Below, piece by piece: positions 26,907 through 36,372 of a stretch of DNA of 64,000 nt. The stretch lies in assembly GCA_017623975.1 (NCBI GenBank), contig JAGANX010000037.1:310-64309 (forward strand), read 5' to 3'. Source of the stretch: Clostridia bacterium (lineage in GTDB: Bacteria > Bacillota > Clostridia > Oscillospirales > CAG-272). The notes beneath the pieces were generated by a model. The model saw only the letters and a list, made by a program, of their open reading frames with translations, ran no database searches and was not told the DNA's origin. The number at the start of each line of letters is the position of its first letter. Position 1 is the stretch's first letter. Made by a program: the position numbers and the translations under genes.

Positions 26907-28262
26907 TTATTTGGCTATCTTTGAAAAATCAAGAGCAACAGTGTCTTGTGTTACTTCAATAATCAAATCCTGTGCCTTATCGCCAACGGCAACACATTGA
27001 ATTTTTGAATAATCTACACCGTGCCTGTCACCCAAGCCGCAAACAAGACCTATCATATAGTCGCCTGCGAAAGAGCAACCGCTATCAATATTAATAGTTC
27101 CGCTGATTGTAACATTTTCAATAACCGCATTTTCAGAAATAGTACCTGCAAGCAAGCCAAAGCTTACACCGCTTCTAAGCGGAGCGCCTACGTCTATATC
27201 CATTGTTACGTTTTCAAATGCAATGTTTTCAATAACTGCGCCGTCCCCTATCTGACCAAACATACCGATAGAGAAAATCGCCGCACCTGATTCCTGATAG
27301 AAAGCAAGGTTTTTAATCTTTACAGGCTCACCGTTTTCCTTCTCTTTACCAACAAGCTTACCTGTGAATTTACCTGAAACGAAGCTGCTATCCCAGTTTC
27401 GTGTTTTGTTACCTAAATCCAAATCCTGTTGAAGAATGTAGTTGCCGTTTAAGGACATATTCTTTAACTGTGCAACAGTGTAAATATGCTTCCATTCTCC
27501 ATCCATTGTATCAATATAAATCTTCATAACCGGGTCTTTTACTGTTACGTTGCTTTCGTCCAGCGTTCCCGTATGCTTAATGCTTGCCTCGGTTATTTGA
27601 TTTTTTCCCTCAGGGTCAGTATAAGCACCTACAAAGGTCTTACCTTTAATCGTGGGGAATTGATGCATTTTAATGTTACCGCTTTTTGTATCCCATTCGG
27701 GAAGCACCAGCTCCGCACCAACCTCAACCTTATATTCCTTTAACAATTCCGTTGGATTATCAAGTGAATAAAACTCATATTCAAATTGAGGTATCCATGC
27801 GGCATAAAGTGTTTTCACAGGCTCAGACGCCCTATACTCTTTATTGGGATCAAGCTCTAAGCGATCACTTTCAAAGTTCCACGGCTTACTGTATGTATAA
27901 GAAACCTCACCGCTTGCATCGGTTGTTTCAATTCTTTCCTCGTACCAACCCACAAATTGGTATCCCGGGTTTTTAACTGCAAAAACCTTACCTGCGCCCC
28001 TTATTTCATCATTAGGGTTTATTAGCTTGGCTATTTTCTTTCCCTCTTTGGTTGGCAAGCTGTTTAAGCCGTATGTATCAACTATAACAGTTGTACCCTT
28101 GGCAAATTCGCCTCCATTTGCATCGTACTGTATGCTTACCTGATAGCCTTCCTCATCAAGTAACGCATAGTATGCATTATCACCGCAAGAAGTAACAAGT
28201 AAAATGGTAACTATTGCAAGAACCGCAAATAAAATTACTTTTAATTTCTTGTTCATTTCCAT
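26907..28262 (-). CDS. Lipoprotein with Listeria-Bacteroides (Flg_new) repeat and C-terminal GLUG-like beta-helix region
   Basis: I prefer the start at MEMNKKLKV (ATG 28262, AAGGA RBS). Lipobox VTSC. YDANGGEF...GYQFVGWY is Flg_new-like. The C-terminus has IGMFGQIGDGAVIENIAFENV repeats. The track's extra 29 aa translate a hairpin. Confidence 0.7.
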   Translation of the reverse strand: MEMNKKLKVILFAVLAIVTILLVTSCGDNAYYALLDEEGYQVSIQYDANGGEFAKGTTVIVDTYGLNSLPTKEGKKIAKLINPNDEIRGAGKVFAVKNPGYQFVGWYEERIETTDASGEVSYTYSKPWNFESDRLELDPNKEYRASEPVKTLYAAWIPQFEYEFYSLDNPTELLKEYKVEVGAELVLPEWDTKSGNIKMHQFPTIKGKTFVGAYTDPEGKNQITEASIKHTGTLDESNVTVKDPVMKIYIDTMDGEWKHIYTVAQLKNMSLNGNYILQQDLDLGNKTRNWDSSFVSGKFTGKLVGKEKENGEPVKIKNLAFYQESGAAIFSIGMFGQIGDGAVIENIAFENVTMDIDVGAPLRSGVSFGLLAGTISENAVIENVTISGTINIDSGCSFAGDYMIGLVCGLGDRHGVDYSKIQCVAVGDKAQDLIIEVTQDTVALDFSKIAK

Positions 28263-28312
28263 TGTATCCTTTTGTTTACTTATATAGTCTTTTGTTACTA
28301 TCTCTGCCTTAT

Positions 28313-28347
28313 GTCTTTGCCTGCACCCATTGGGTGCCGGCAAAGAC
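28313..28347 (-). other. Intercistronic GC-rich stem-loop without U-run (between proteinase and lipoprotein genes)
   Basis: gtctttgcctgcaccca / tgggtgccggcaaagac form a 17-nt inverted repeat with one mismatch. No T-run follows on the minus strand. Confidence 0.5.
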
Positions 28348-28369
28348 AATTAAGCAGTAAACTAATCAA

Positions 28370-31300
28370 TTATTTTACGGACTTTTTAAGCTTTACAATA
28401 TAAATTACCGCAAATGCTGTACCGCAAACTACCAAAACGGAAAGCACTATAATAACTACAACGAAGCCCACATTAGAGCCCTGTGCGTTTGGTGCTGCTC
28501 CGCCCATTGAATCAACTGTTGGGGTTGAACCCACTGTTGAATCGTTAGTGCTTGGTGTTGTTGTACTGCCGCTGCTTGGGGTGTCCGGTGTGATTGGCTT
28601 GTCGCCACTGCCCGGCGTGCTTGGCTTATCCTGCTCGCCGCTTCCGCTTTGCTCGTCCTTCAAGCGTTGAATTTTGTTTTCCGCTGTAACAAGTGCAGAA
28701 TAATCAGCAACCAATGCCTGCTGGTCTCTTGTGGCGATCTTATTATATGCTTCACGTGCTGCTACAACAAGTGGCTCGTGTGAAAGCCTAATGTTCTTAG
28801 GAATCTTTGCAATTGCCGCAATTGCCGCTAAGGTTTCATCCGTTGCAGAAATTGAACCGTCTATTACCTTGCCAAAGTATTGACCAAGGATAAAGGTTTC
28901 ATAATTCTGTCCGTTTGAAGGTCTTACCATTGTAAGCTTTCTGTCAATATGACCGATGTGGTTCATAAAGTTAGCACCAAAGAATACATCGTAGTACATA
29001 CCGGACGGTACGTTCCACATATAATAATCAACGATGCCTAAGCCGTCTTTAACAAGAATTTCACCGTTATTAAGCGGTAAATTGTATTTTCCGCCACCCG
29101 GAATGTTGTCATAAGAATTATAGTATGCTACATCAAGCTGTTCTTCAAGAATTGGCGCTTCATAGCTCTTAAATATTACTGTTGTAAGGCTGTCGCAGTT
29201 GAAGAACGCCTTATGTCCTATGGCATCAAGAGAATGGGGAAGAACTACTGTTTCTACGTTTGTGCCAACGAATGCGTAAGAGCTTATTCTTACTGTATCC
29301 TCAGCCACTGTAACGTATCCGTTTGCATCTGCTCCACCATAGGTAATAAGCTCATAGCCTGTATTAACCTTACAGTAAAGTGAACCGTTTATAACCTTAA
29401 CTGTATCGCTGATATCGAATGTAAGAGTTACGGTTTGATATTCTTTTCCGTTAAATTCATAAGCACCTATTTGTGCAAAGGGTTGAAGCTTGCAGAATGC
29501 AAACGGGTTATCGCCAACAGACTTCAAGCCTTCACCAAGAGTAATTTCAACATCGAACGCAGTTAAATCACCTTGTGTGTTTTCCTTTTTAAATACGTGG
29601 TCACCGATTACCTCTGCACCTGTTAGGTCAATCTTAGTTATGCCTGACTCTGCAAATGCGTATGAAGCAATTTCCTTTGATGCACCAAGGTTTTGAACGC
29701 TTGTAAGCTTAGGACAGTATGCAAAGGCACCCTCTCCGATATTTGTACCGTTAGGATTGAGCACAACGCTTGTAGCACCGCCTAAGGTGAATGCATAATC
29801 CTCTACCGTTGTTGCACTTGAAAGATCGATGTTAGCAAGGGATTCAGCACCTGCAAAAGCATTGCTGCCAACGGTTTCAACCTTGCCAAGATTAATGTTT
29901 TCAAGCTTTGTACAGCCGTAGAACGCAAGCTCGGGTATTGCCCTTGTTTGCTCACCCAAAGCTACATCTTTAAGCTGTGTACAGTACGCAAACGCACCCT
30001 TTGCAAAGCTTTCAACATTTGTTAAATCAATTGCTTCAAAGGCAGCACCGTAGTATTGGAATACATACTTACCGTTTACAACCATTGGGTTAGTCAAGTT
30101 TGCATCTGCATATACATACTGCTCGTCACCTGAGAAGGCAAGCTCACCAATAGATTTAACATTCTTAAATCCAACGTTTGCACCGCTTGTATCAAGAATT
30201 GCTTTAAGAGCACAAGAGTTATAGAACGCTTGGTTGCCTATAACAATGTTTTCGCCCATTGTTACAGCCTCCAAATCAGCCGCGCCCATAAATGCACTTT
30301 CACCGATTACAACATTGTTACCTATTGTAAGCTGTTTTAACGGTGAATTGTAATCAGGGTAATAATAGTTTTTACCGTTTTTGTAGTAGCTTGATACGCT
30401 CCATCTGCCATCAAGCCTGTTGTTGTACATAAATGCGCCAAGCTCAATTGTTACATCATTGCCGATTGTAATGCTTTCAAGCTTTTCACATTCACTGAAT
30501 GCACCCTCACCAACAAGTACGTTGTTTGGAATAACAACGCTTCCAACATTTGTATATGCAAAGGCATATTTACCAATTGCGTCAAGACCGTCAAATGATG
30601 GGTGTGAGGCGATAGATGTTACAAAGAACGCATAATCACCAATTTCCTCCAAAGCGCCAAGTGTTACGCTTTCAAGCTTTATACACTCAGCAAAGGCATA
30701 TTTGCCAACCTTAGTAGCGCTTGGAATTACTACTTTTGTAATGTTTTTGTTTTCTGCAAATGCGCCCACGCCAATTGTGGTAACGTTTGCATCATCAAGC
30801 TTGAACTCGCCCTTCACGGTTGGAGCAACGATAACAAGCTCTGTTCCATCCTTAGAAAGAATGTATTTGCTTGAATCTGCTTTAAAGCTTGCGTTTTCAG
30901 AAGTAACTGTGAAGCTTGCAATACCTGCGCCTGCAAATGCGTATTCACCGATTACGTTTACATCATTACCGATTGTAATATTAGTTAATGAATCACAGAA
31001 GTAGAATGCACCCTGTGGAATAACAGCTGTATTAATTGAAACGATTTTGTTACCGTTTTCATCAACAGTTTCTATGTCGTTAAGGCTCTTACAATATGCA
31101 AATACGTAAGGACCGTATTTAACGTTTTCTGCATGAACAGTTACAGATTTAAGGTCTTCGTTACCAAAGAAGGCATATCCGCCAACGGAACGAAGTGTCT
31201 TAGGAATTTCAACCTCAACTAAGTTCTTATTGCCTGCAAATGCATAGTCGCCAATTGCACGGGCATTGTCAAGCACAAGCTTTCCTCTCAAATCACAATC

Positions 31301-34300
31301 CTGGAACGCTGCCCAGTTGATAAGCTGAACGTTTTGAAGTCCTGTGCCGCCGATAATATTTCCGTCCTCATCCATATAGGAAATGGTTTTAAGCTTTTTA
31401 CAGCCGTAGAATGCTCCGTATTCAATAGCTTCAACCGTATATGGAATAACTACCTCTTCAAGAGCTGTTAAGCCTGCAAATGCGTAAGGTCCGATTTTTT
31501 CAATACCGATAGGCAAAACTACCTTTGTTATTGTATTCTCACCCAAGAATGCTACCTTTGTAAGGTTAGGATCCTCCTCCGAAATTTCGTCAATACCCTC
31601 TACCTTATCAATATAATCGTAGTTTGAGAATGCGTATTGGCTGATTTCAGTAAGGTTAAGGTCGGCAGGCACAATAACCTCACCGCCTAAGCCGAAGTAG
31701 TGGCTAAGACCGGGACCTGATCTTATCCATGGGTCTTTAACCTCAACGTCAACAGTTTCAGAGAAGTAAGTGTTTTTGCCTTCAAGCACTACCCTTACAG
31801 TTACAGAAGCAAAGCCCTCTGCCTTTGCGGTAACAACACCCTTTTCGTCTATTTCAACAATGTTGCTGTTGCTTGACTCGTATGTTAACCAAGCACCGTT
31901 AAGATAAGGAACAAAGTTTGTTCTAAGCTCAACAGACTCAGACGGGAACATCTTCAAATTGAAGCCGCCGCCAAAGAGCTTAACATCCCCTGTCATTCCT
32001 ATATCTCTTTCATCGTTGTTGAGATAGTAGTATGCTTTCAAGGTCTTATAACCAACAACGTCAAAGATGTCCGCAACAGGCTTATCGTACTCTCTATATT
32101 CCGGGTGGTCCTTGTCATTCACACCGAGAACAGTTATCTTAAACCTTTGGGTTTGACCGCTTGTTGGGTCCTTTGCAACAATCCAAGCATTACCTGCGCT
32201 TACTGCTACAAGCTTATCGTTTACTACCTTTACTACACCGCTGTTGCTTGACTGATACTCAATAAGCTCCTTCCAAGGATTAGTTGTGTTATCAGGATTT
32301 GTTTCAGCGTTTGGATAAAGAATTGGGTTTAACTGATATACCTGGTTGATGCTTAAATAATTTGTTTCGTTTGCTGATTCTTCAAAATAGAAGTCAACAT
32401 ATTCATCAGGTAAGCCGATTTCATATGTTGTCATATTAAGGGCATAGTCATAAGCTGTTACAACAAATGAATTTTTGTTTCTCGCCTTGTCCTTAATTGT
32501 TTGAACATAATCTGTTAATTCAAATTCAACATAGGTCGTATTATTAAATGTAGAATAAACAGGAGTGAGATAGCTTTCAAAGGATTCCATCAAGTTTTCG
32601 TATCCGTCCTTTGCAAGCTCCTCTGCTGTTGCACGTCTTACATAACCGAAGTTAAGTGCCATTGTGTAGTGGTTATCGTAAACCGCTACTCTTGCAAAAA
32701 GCCTATCCTTTTTAAGCTCCTTATCATATTCTGTAAAGAACTCACAATCTGTAATAACAGGAGCCTCGTAGTCAATTGTAATGGGGAACTCGAAGGTGTT
32801 CTTCAAGTTTGTATCTGCTCCGCCGTCACCGTAATCAAGGAAGCCCTCAATCTTAACGGAAAGCTGTGCATTATTAGGAAGGTCGTAGTCCTGTGTATCG
32901 AACTCAACCTCAATGTTTGCAGGATAGATAGAGCCGCCGTCACCGTAGGACTTACGAACATCGTAATCAACAGTCTCAAAAATAACCTCTCCTGTTGCAT
33001 CGTTTGTTATAGTAACAACTATCTTAGCAGCGTTTCTTAAAAGACCTGCCCAAACAAAGCGGAAGGAGTGAACAGTTTCATCAGAATATGAAAGTGCAAT
33101 ATAATCTCTGCTTGCGGAAATAACCTTATCCTGTGGGTTTTGTTGGAAGTAATATGAACCGAGATAGCTTACATAGTCGGAGTAAAGACCACCGATTGGG
33201 CGGGTTGGATAAGCATCCGCCATAATCTTATCGTCTTGTGAAATACCGTCATCAAGCTCGTCCTTATTTGTTTCAAAGTAATCTGTATCAAACAAAGGTG
33301 CCTTTGTCCAGTCCCCGTAGAATGCAAGGAACGGTGCGCCCAAGTCAACATCTGTACCGCTGACTGCATCAAGTGTGATAAAGCCTTCAACGTACATACC
33401 GTTTGCAAAGGACTCATCAAGATACTTCTTATCAGCATCAGACAATGTAATTTTAGCTTCTACAACGGCAACAGTGCCACCCTTTACGGTAACCTTGTCC
33501 CCGTCCTTAGTGCCGTTTGTAACCTTTACAAGCTCAAACTTAGCACCGTTTAAGAGGTAACCCTCCTCTGTAACGGTTGTGTCACCGCGAACTGTTTCAG
33601 TCTCACTAACGCCCTCTGTCATAACGGTTGCAGAAAGACTGTATGTAAGTGAAGTGTCACCGAAGTTGTTAATTGCAAATTTAATGTTGTAAACGCCTGT
33701 CTTATCCTTATCATCACCAAGCTCAATCTTGGTTTTATCCATAACAGAGCCGTCAAGCCTGTCGTATGTTTGGATATAAGCACTTGTTTTAGAAGCGCTA
33801 ACAAGGTTTGCAAGACCTGCACCCTGCTTTCTTACTGCGTAAGGCAAGCCGTTAGTGTTATACATAATGTCAGCAGTTGACATTGTCAAGCAGCTAACAA
33901 GTGCGTTTATTGTTTTTGATTTTTCTCTCTTTTGCTCAGGTGTTGTCTCAGGCATATTTTTAATGAACTCATATTCATTTTCAACATACTGACGCAAAAG
34001 TGCAGTGAAGCCCGCCATGTTAGGACAAGCCATTGATGTACCTGACAAACGGTCATAGCCGCCGCCTGTTACAGCGGACAAGATGTTACCGCCGTGAGCT
34101 GTAATTTCAGGCTTAATGCTCAAATCAGGAGCAGGACCCCATGATGAGAAGTCTGAAATAAACGGACCTGATGTTTGTGTACGGCTTATTTTAATTGTTC
34201 CCTTTTTGCTTGCAGCCAAAAGCTCACCGTCATCCTGTGAAATAGAACAGATAGGAATTGTAATTGTACCTGCGTTCATCTTAATATCACCGGATACATT

Positions 34301-35884
34301 GTTGTAAACGATGATAGCGGCAGCACCTGCGTTTTGTGCAGCCTGTGCCTTTTCTTCAAAGGTAGTCGAGCCACGGCGAACAAGAGCTATCTTGCCCTTT
34401 ACGTCCATACCAAAGTAGTCAGCAGGACGTCCCGCACCCGGAACAACAACGTATTCAAGGTCAATAGACTCAGTTGAGCTTGCAGGCAAGCGGTCCTTTA
34501 AAAGCTCCTCAAAGAAATCCTTTTCCTTGCTGGCTGCGTTTGTAGCCTCAACAAAGTAAATGATAGAGCCGTTATACAAAATATAAGGTGTCTTTTTACC
34601 GTTGATAGATGCAACAGACATAGCACCCTCGTATGTGGAAGGAGAGCCAACTGTTGATGTATCAGGGTTAGTTGTAAGACCTAAGTTACCGTTTTTGTCA
34701 GAGCCGTATGCGGAGTTGTAGCTGTTAGAAGCCGCAACTATTAAGGAAATGCCCGCATCTCTAATCTTTTGATACACATTTCCGTTTACCGCTTCCTTAT
34801 CACTCTCACGGCTGAAACCGCAAGCGGTACCCAAGGACATATTGATTACGTCAACTTCAAGAAGAACACAGTCTTCAAGAGCAGACAAAATCCAAGATGT
34901 ACGTGCGCTCTCCTCAACATCGGAGAAGGTTTTCATAGCAACGATCTGTGCCTGTGGCGCAACACCTGTAATAACATCGTCCTTACCTGCGATAACACCG
35001 GAAACGTGCGTACCGTGGTTGTTATGTAATGAGTAAACATCAGAGTCCGCATCTGCATAGTCAAAGGCGAAGGGAACCTTGTCGCTCATATAAAGGTCAT
35101 CGGCAGTAACACCGTTCATATAGAACTCTGCGCGTGTTTCCTTAGCGGCGAGCAAATCCGCAATCATTTTCTTGGTCAAGCCAAGCTTTTCCCTGTTTGC
35201 AGTGAAGTTATCATCGGAAAAGGCGGTATGCGTATAGTCAAGACCTGTGTCAAGCACGGCAACAACCATGCCCTCACCCTGATACTTGAAATCAGCACTG
35301 TTGAAAATACCTGTGCTTTCATAGAAGTTTACCTGGTTTTCAACAAGCTGAGATTCACACTTTTCATAAACCTCACCAACAATTACCGTGGAGTCCTCGC
35401 CTATCGCCTCACAGGCAGCATCAAAGTCACCCGCTTGAATCAAGATTTCAAATCCACTAAAAATTGTGTTGTAAACTGCACCCTCTGTAAACTTGATACC
35501 CTTGTCCTTTAAAGACTTAATGATGTTAGCCTTTTCAGCACTTGCCAAGGACATAACCTTAATTGCCTCTTGGGAGGATGCAAACTCCGCCATGGACATA
35601 GCCTTATCCGACTCACCGTAAGCGTCCATAATAGCGGGCATTTCCATATCAATAATTATGGAAATTGTATCGGTGTTTTTAATAGTACTCGGTAGCTTTT
35701 GAACAACGTTACCATTTAAAAACTGCTCGATATTGGTTTTCAAATCTCCGTTATACTCGCTAAGGTAACCGCCAAGTGGCACTTTACCCGAAACAGCAGA
35801 GGTACAAAGCGAGATTAACATTGTGAACAGCAACAAAAGTGATATTGCGACTGTTGCTATTCTTGCGACTTTCTTTCTTCTCAT
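28370..35884 (-). CDS. Giant (~2504 aa) cell-envelope S8 subtilase with PA domain, Big_2-like domains, ~820-aa BspA-type LRR region and C-terminal TM anchor
   Basis: Start MRRKKVARIATVAISLLLLF (ATG 35884, downstream of the promoter at 35948-35976). Triad motifs: VLDTGLD (Asp codon 35249-35251), HGTHVSG (His 35006-35008), SGTSMACP (Ser 34034-34036). PA-like GKIALVRRGSTTFEEKAQAAQNAGA lies between His and Ser. LRR units span ~29180-31650. An S/T/P linker, TM and KLKKSVK tail end the protein. Confidence 0.85.
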   Translation of the reverse strand: MRRKKVARIATVAISLLLLFTMLISLCTSAVSGKVPLGGYLSEYNGDLKTNIEQFLNGNVVQKLPSTIKNTDTISIIIDMEMPAIMDAYGESDKAMSMAEFASSQEAIKVMSLASAEKANIIKSLKDKGIKFTEGAVYNTIFSGFEILIQAGDFDAACEAIGEDSTVIVGEVYEKCESQLVENQVNFYESTGIFNSADFKYQGEGMVVAVLDTGLDYTHTAFSDDNFTANREKLGLTKKMIADLLAAKETRAEFYMNGVTADDLYMSDKVPFAFDYADADSDVYSLHNNHGTHVSGVIAGKDDVITGVAPQAQIVAMKTFSDVEESARTSWILSALEDCVLLEVDVINMSLGTACGFSRESDKEAVNGNVYQKIRDAGISLIVAASNSYNSAYGSDKNGNLGLTTNPDTSTVGSPSTYEGAMSVASINGKKTPYILYNGSIIYFVEATNAASKEKDFFEELLKDRLPASSTESIDLEYVVVPGAGRPADYFGMDVKGKIALVRRGSTTFEEKAQAAQNAGAAAIIVYNNVSGDIKMNAGTITIPICSISQDDGELLAASKKGTIKISRTQTSGPFISDFSSWGPAPDLSIKPEITAHGGNILSAVTGGGYDRLSGTSMACPNMAGFTALLRQYVENEYEFIKNMPETTPEQKREKSKTINALVSCLTMSTADIMYNTNGLPYAVRKQGAGLANLVSASKTSAYIQTYDRLDGSVMDKTKIELGDDKDKTGVYNIKFAINNFGDTSLTYSLSATVMTEGVSETETVRGDTTVTEEGYLLNGAKFELVKVTNGTKDGDKVTVKGGTVAVVEAKITLSDADKKYLDESFANGMYVEGFITLDAVSGTDVDLGAPFLAFYGDWTKAPLFDTDYFETNKDELDDGISQDDKIMADAYPTRPIGGLYSDYVSYLGSYYFQQNPQDKVISASRDYIALSYSDETVHSFRFVWAGLLRNAAKIVVTITNDATGEVIFETVDYDVRKSYGDGGSIYPANIEVEFDTQDYDLPNNAQLSVKIEGFLDYGDGGADTNLKNTFEFPITIDYEAPVITDCEFFTEYDKELKKDRLFARVAVYDNHYTMALNFGYVRRATAEELAKDGYENLMESFESYLTPVYSTFNNTTYVEFELTDYVQTIKDKARNKNSFVVTAYDYALNMTTYEIGLPDEYVDFYFEESANETNYLSINQVYQLNPILYPNAETNPDNTTNPWKELIEYQSSNSGVVKVVNDKLVAVSAGNAWIVAKDPTSGQTQRFKITVLGVNDKDHPEYREYDKPVADIFDVVGYKTLKAYYYLNNDERDIGMTGDVKLFGGGFNLKMFPSESVELRTNFVPYLNGAWLTYESSNSNIVEIDEKGVVTAKAEGFASVTVRVVLEGKNTYFSETVDVEVKDPWIRSGPGLSHYFGLGGEVIVPADLNLTEISQYAFSNYDYIDKVEGIDEISEEDPNLTKVAFLGENTITKVVLPIGIEKIGPYAFAGLTALEEVVIPYTVEAIEYGAFYGCKKLKTISYMDEDGNIIGGTGLQNVQLINWAAFQDCDLRGKLVLDNARAIGDYAFAGNKNLVEVEIPKTLRSVGGYAFFGNEDLKSVTVHAENVKYGPYVFAYCKSLNDIETVDENGNKIVSINTAVIPQGAFYFCDSLTNITIGNDVNVIGEYAFAGAGIASFTVTSENASFKADSSKYILSKDGTELVIVAPTVKGEFKLDDANVTTIGVGAFAENKNITKVVIPSATKVGKYAFAECIKLESVTLGALEEIGDYAFFVTSIASHPSFDGLDAIGKYAFAYTNVGSVVIPNNVLVGEGAFSECEKLESITIGNDVTIELGAFMYNNRLDGRWSVSSYYKNGKNYYYPDYNSPLKQLTIGNNVVIGESAFMGAADLEAVTMGENIVIGNQAFYNSCALKAILDTSGANVGFKNVKSIGELAFSGDEQYVYADANLTNPMVVNGKYVFQYYGAAFEAIDLTNVESFAKGAFAYCTQLKDVALGEQTRAIPELAFYGCTKLENINLGKVETVGSNAFAGAESLANIDLSSATTVEDYAFTLGGATSVVLNPNGTNIGEGAFAYCPKLTSVQNLGASKEIASYAFAESGITKIDLTGAEVIGDHVFKKENTQGDLTAFDVEITLGEGLKSVGDNPFAFCKLQPFAQIGAYEFNGKEYQTVTLTFDISDTVKVINGSLYCKVNTGYELITYGGADANGYVTVAEDTVRISSYAFVGTNVETVVLPHSLDAIGHKAFFNCDSLTTVIFKSYEAPILEEQLDVAYYNSYDNIPGGGKYNLPLNNGEILVKDGLGIVDYYMWNVPSGMYYDVFFGANFMNHIGHIDRKLTMVRPSNGQNYETFILGQYFGKVIDGSISATDETLAAIAAIAKIPKNIRLSHEPLVVAAREAYNKIATRDQQALVADYSALVTAENKIQRLKDEQSGSGEQDKPSTPGSGDKPITPDTPSSGSTTTPSTNDSTVGSTPTVDSMGGAAPNAQGSNVGFVVVIIVLSVLVVCGTAFAVIYIVKLKKSVK

Positions 35885-35947
35885 TTTTCCAAATAGCCTT
35901 TCTATAATATACGTGTATAAATTATAATGATAAACATACGTGATACA

Positions 35948-35976
35948 TTTTAGCATATAAAGGTAGAAAATTCAAG
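35948..35976 (-). promoter_or_regulatory. Sigma-A-type promoter of the proteinase gene
   Basis: Minus strand reads TTGAAT, a 17-nt spacer, then TAAAAT with TG at the extended -10 position. Confidence 0.55.
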
Positions 35977-36310
35977 TGCTTTTTGAAGCGTAACGGCGTT
36001 TTTGTCGAAAAAATTTCATTATAGTATCCTGTTTCTCTTTTAACACGGTAAACTAAAAAAGCTGTGTGGTGCTATGTAAATTAGGGAGTTTTGCAATTTT
36101 AGACATTTGTATAAATTCACTTTAATTTGATATACTTTTTGCTTTGTTACTTTTTTGTGACATAAAATTCATTTTTATTTTAAATTTAGTGTTGAGGCGC
36201 TGTTATCTATGGCTTTTTCGTTTTGAAAACTATGAGTATTTTAAATTTTAGCCCACCCTGTGTCGCTTTTTTGCATATTTCTACCTTTTTACTGTCTATA
36301 TAATTCCATT

Positions 36311-36339
36311 ATTGACAATTTAACTGAAATATGTTAAAA
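36311..36339 (+). promoter_or_regulatory. Sigma-A-type promoter of the CxxC-membrane-protein/polyferredoxin pair
   Basis: TTGACA (36311-36316), a 17-nt spacer, then TAAAAT (36334-36339) with an upstream TG. Confidence 0.6.
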
Positions 36340-36372
36340 TAGAATGGAATATTTTTAGAAAGGTAGTTATAT

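Noticed and set aside
28370-28480. LPXTG sortase signal at the C-terminus of the giant proteinase
   Set aside because: The tail reads ...NAQGSNVGFVVVIIVLSVLVVCGTAFAVIYIVKLKKSVK. It has a TM helix and a basic tail, but no LPXTG-like motif precedes them.
35885-35956. N-terminal extensions in the ORF track (35956, 28349, 49165, 51284, 60191, 44155, 23065, 15382, 14566, 9056)
   Set aside because: In each case an internal ATG has a proper GGAGG-type RBS. That ATG yields a canonical signal peptide or conserved N-terminus. Several of the extensions lie upstream of the predicted promoter or translate a hairpin.
36311-36322. Identical TTGACAATTTAA at two promoters (36311 on the + strand and the valS T-box promoter at 60445-60456 on the minus strand) as a shared regulatory box
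   Set aside because: It is a 12-nt match made of the -35 consensus plus AT-rich spacer. That is plausible by chance in AT-rich promoters, and there is no further similarity.
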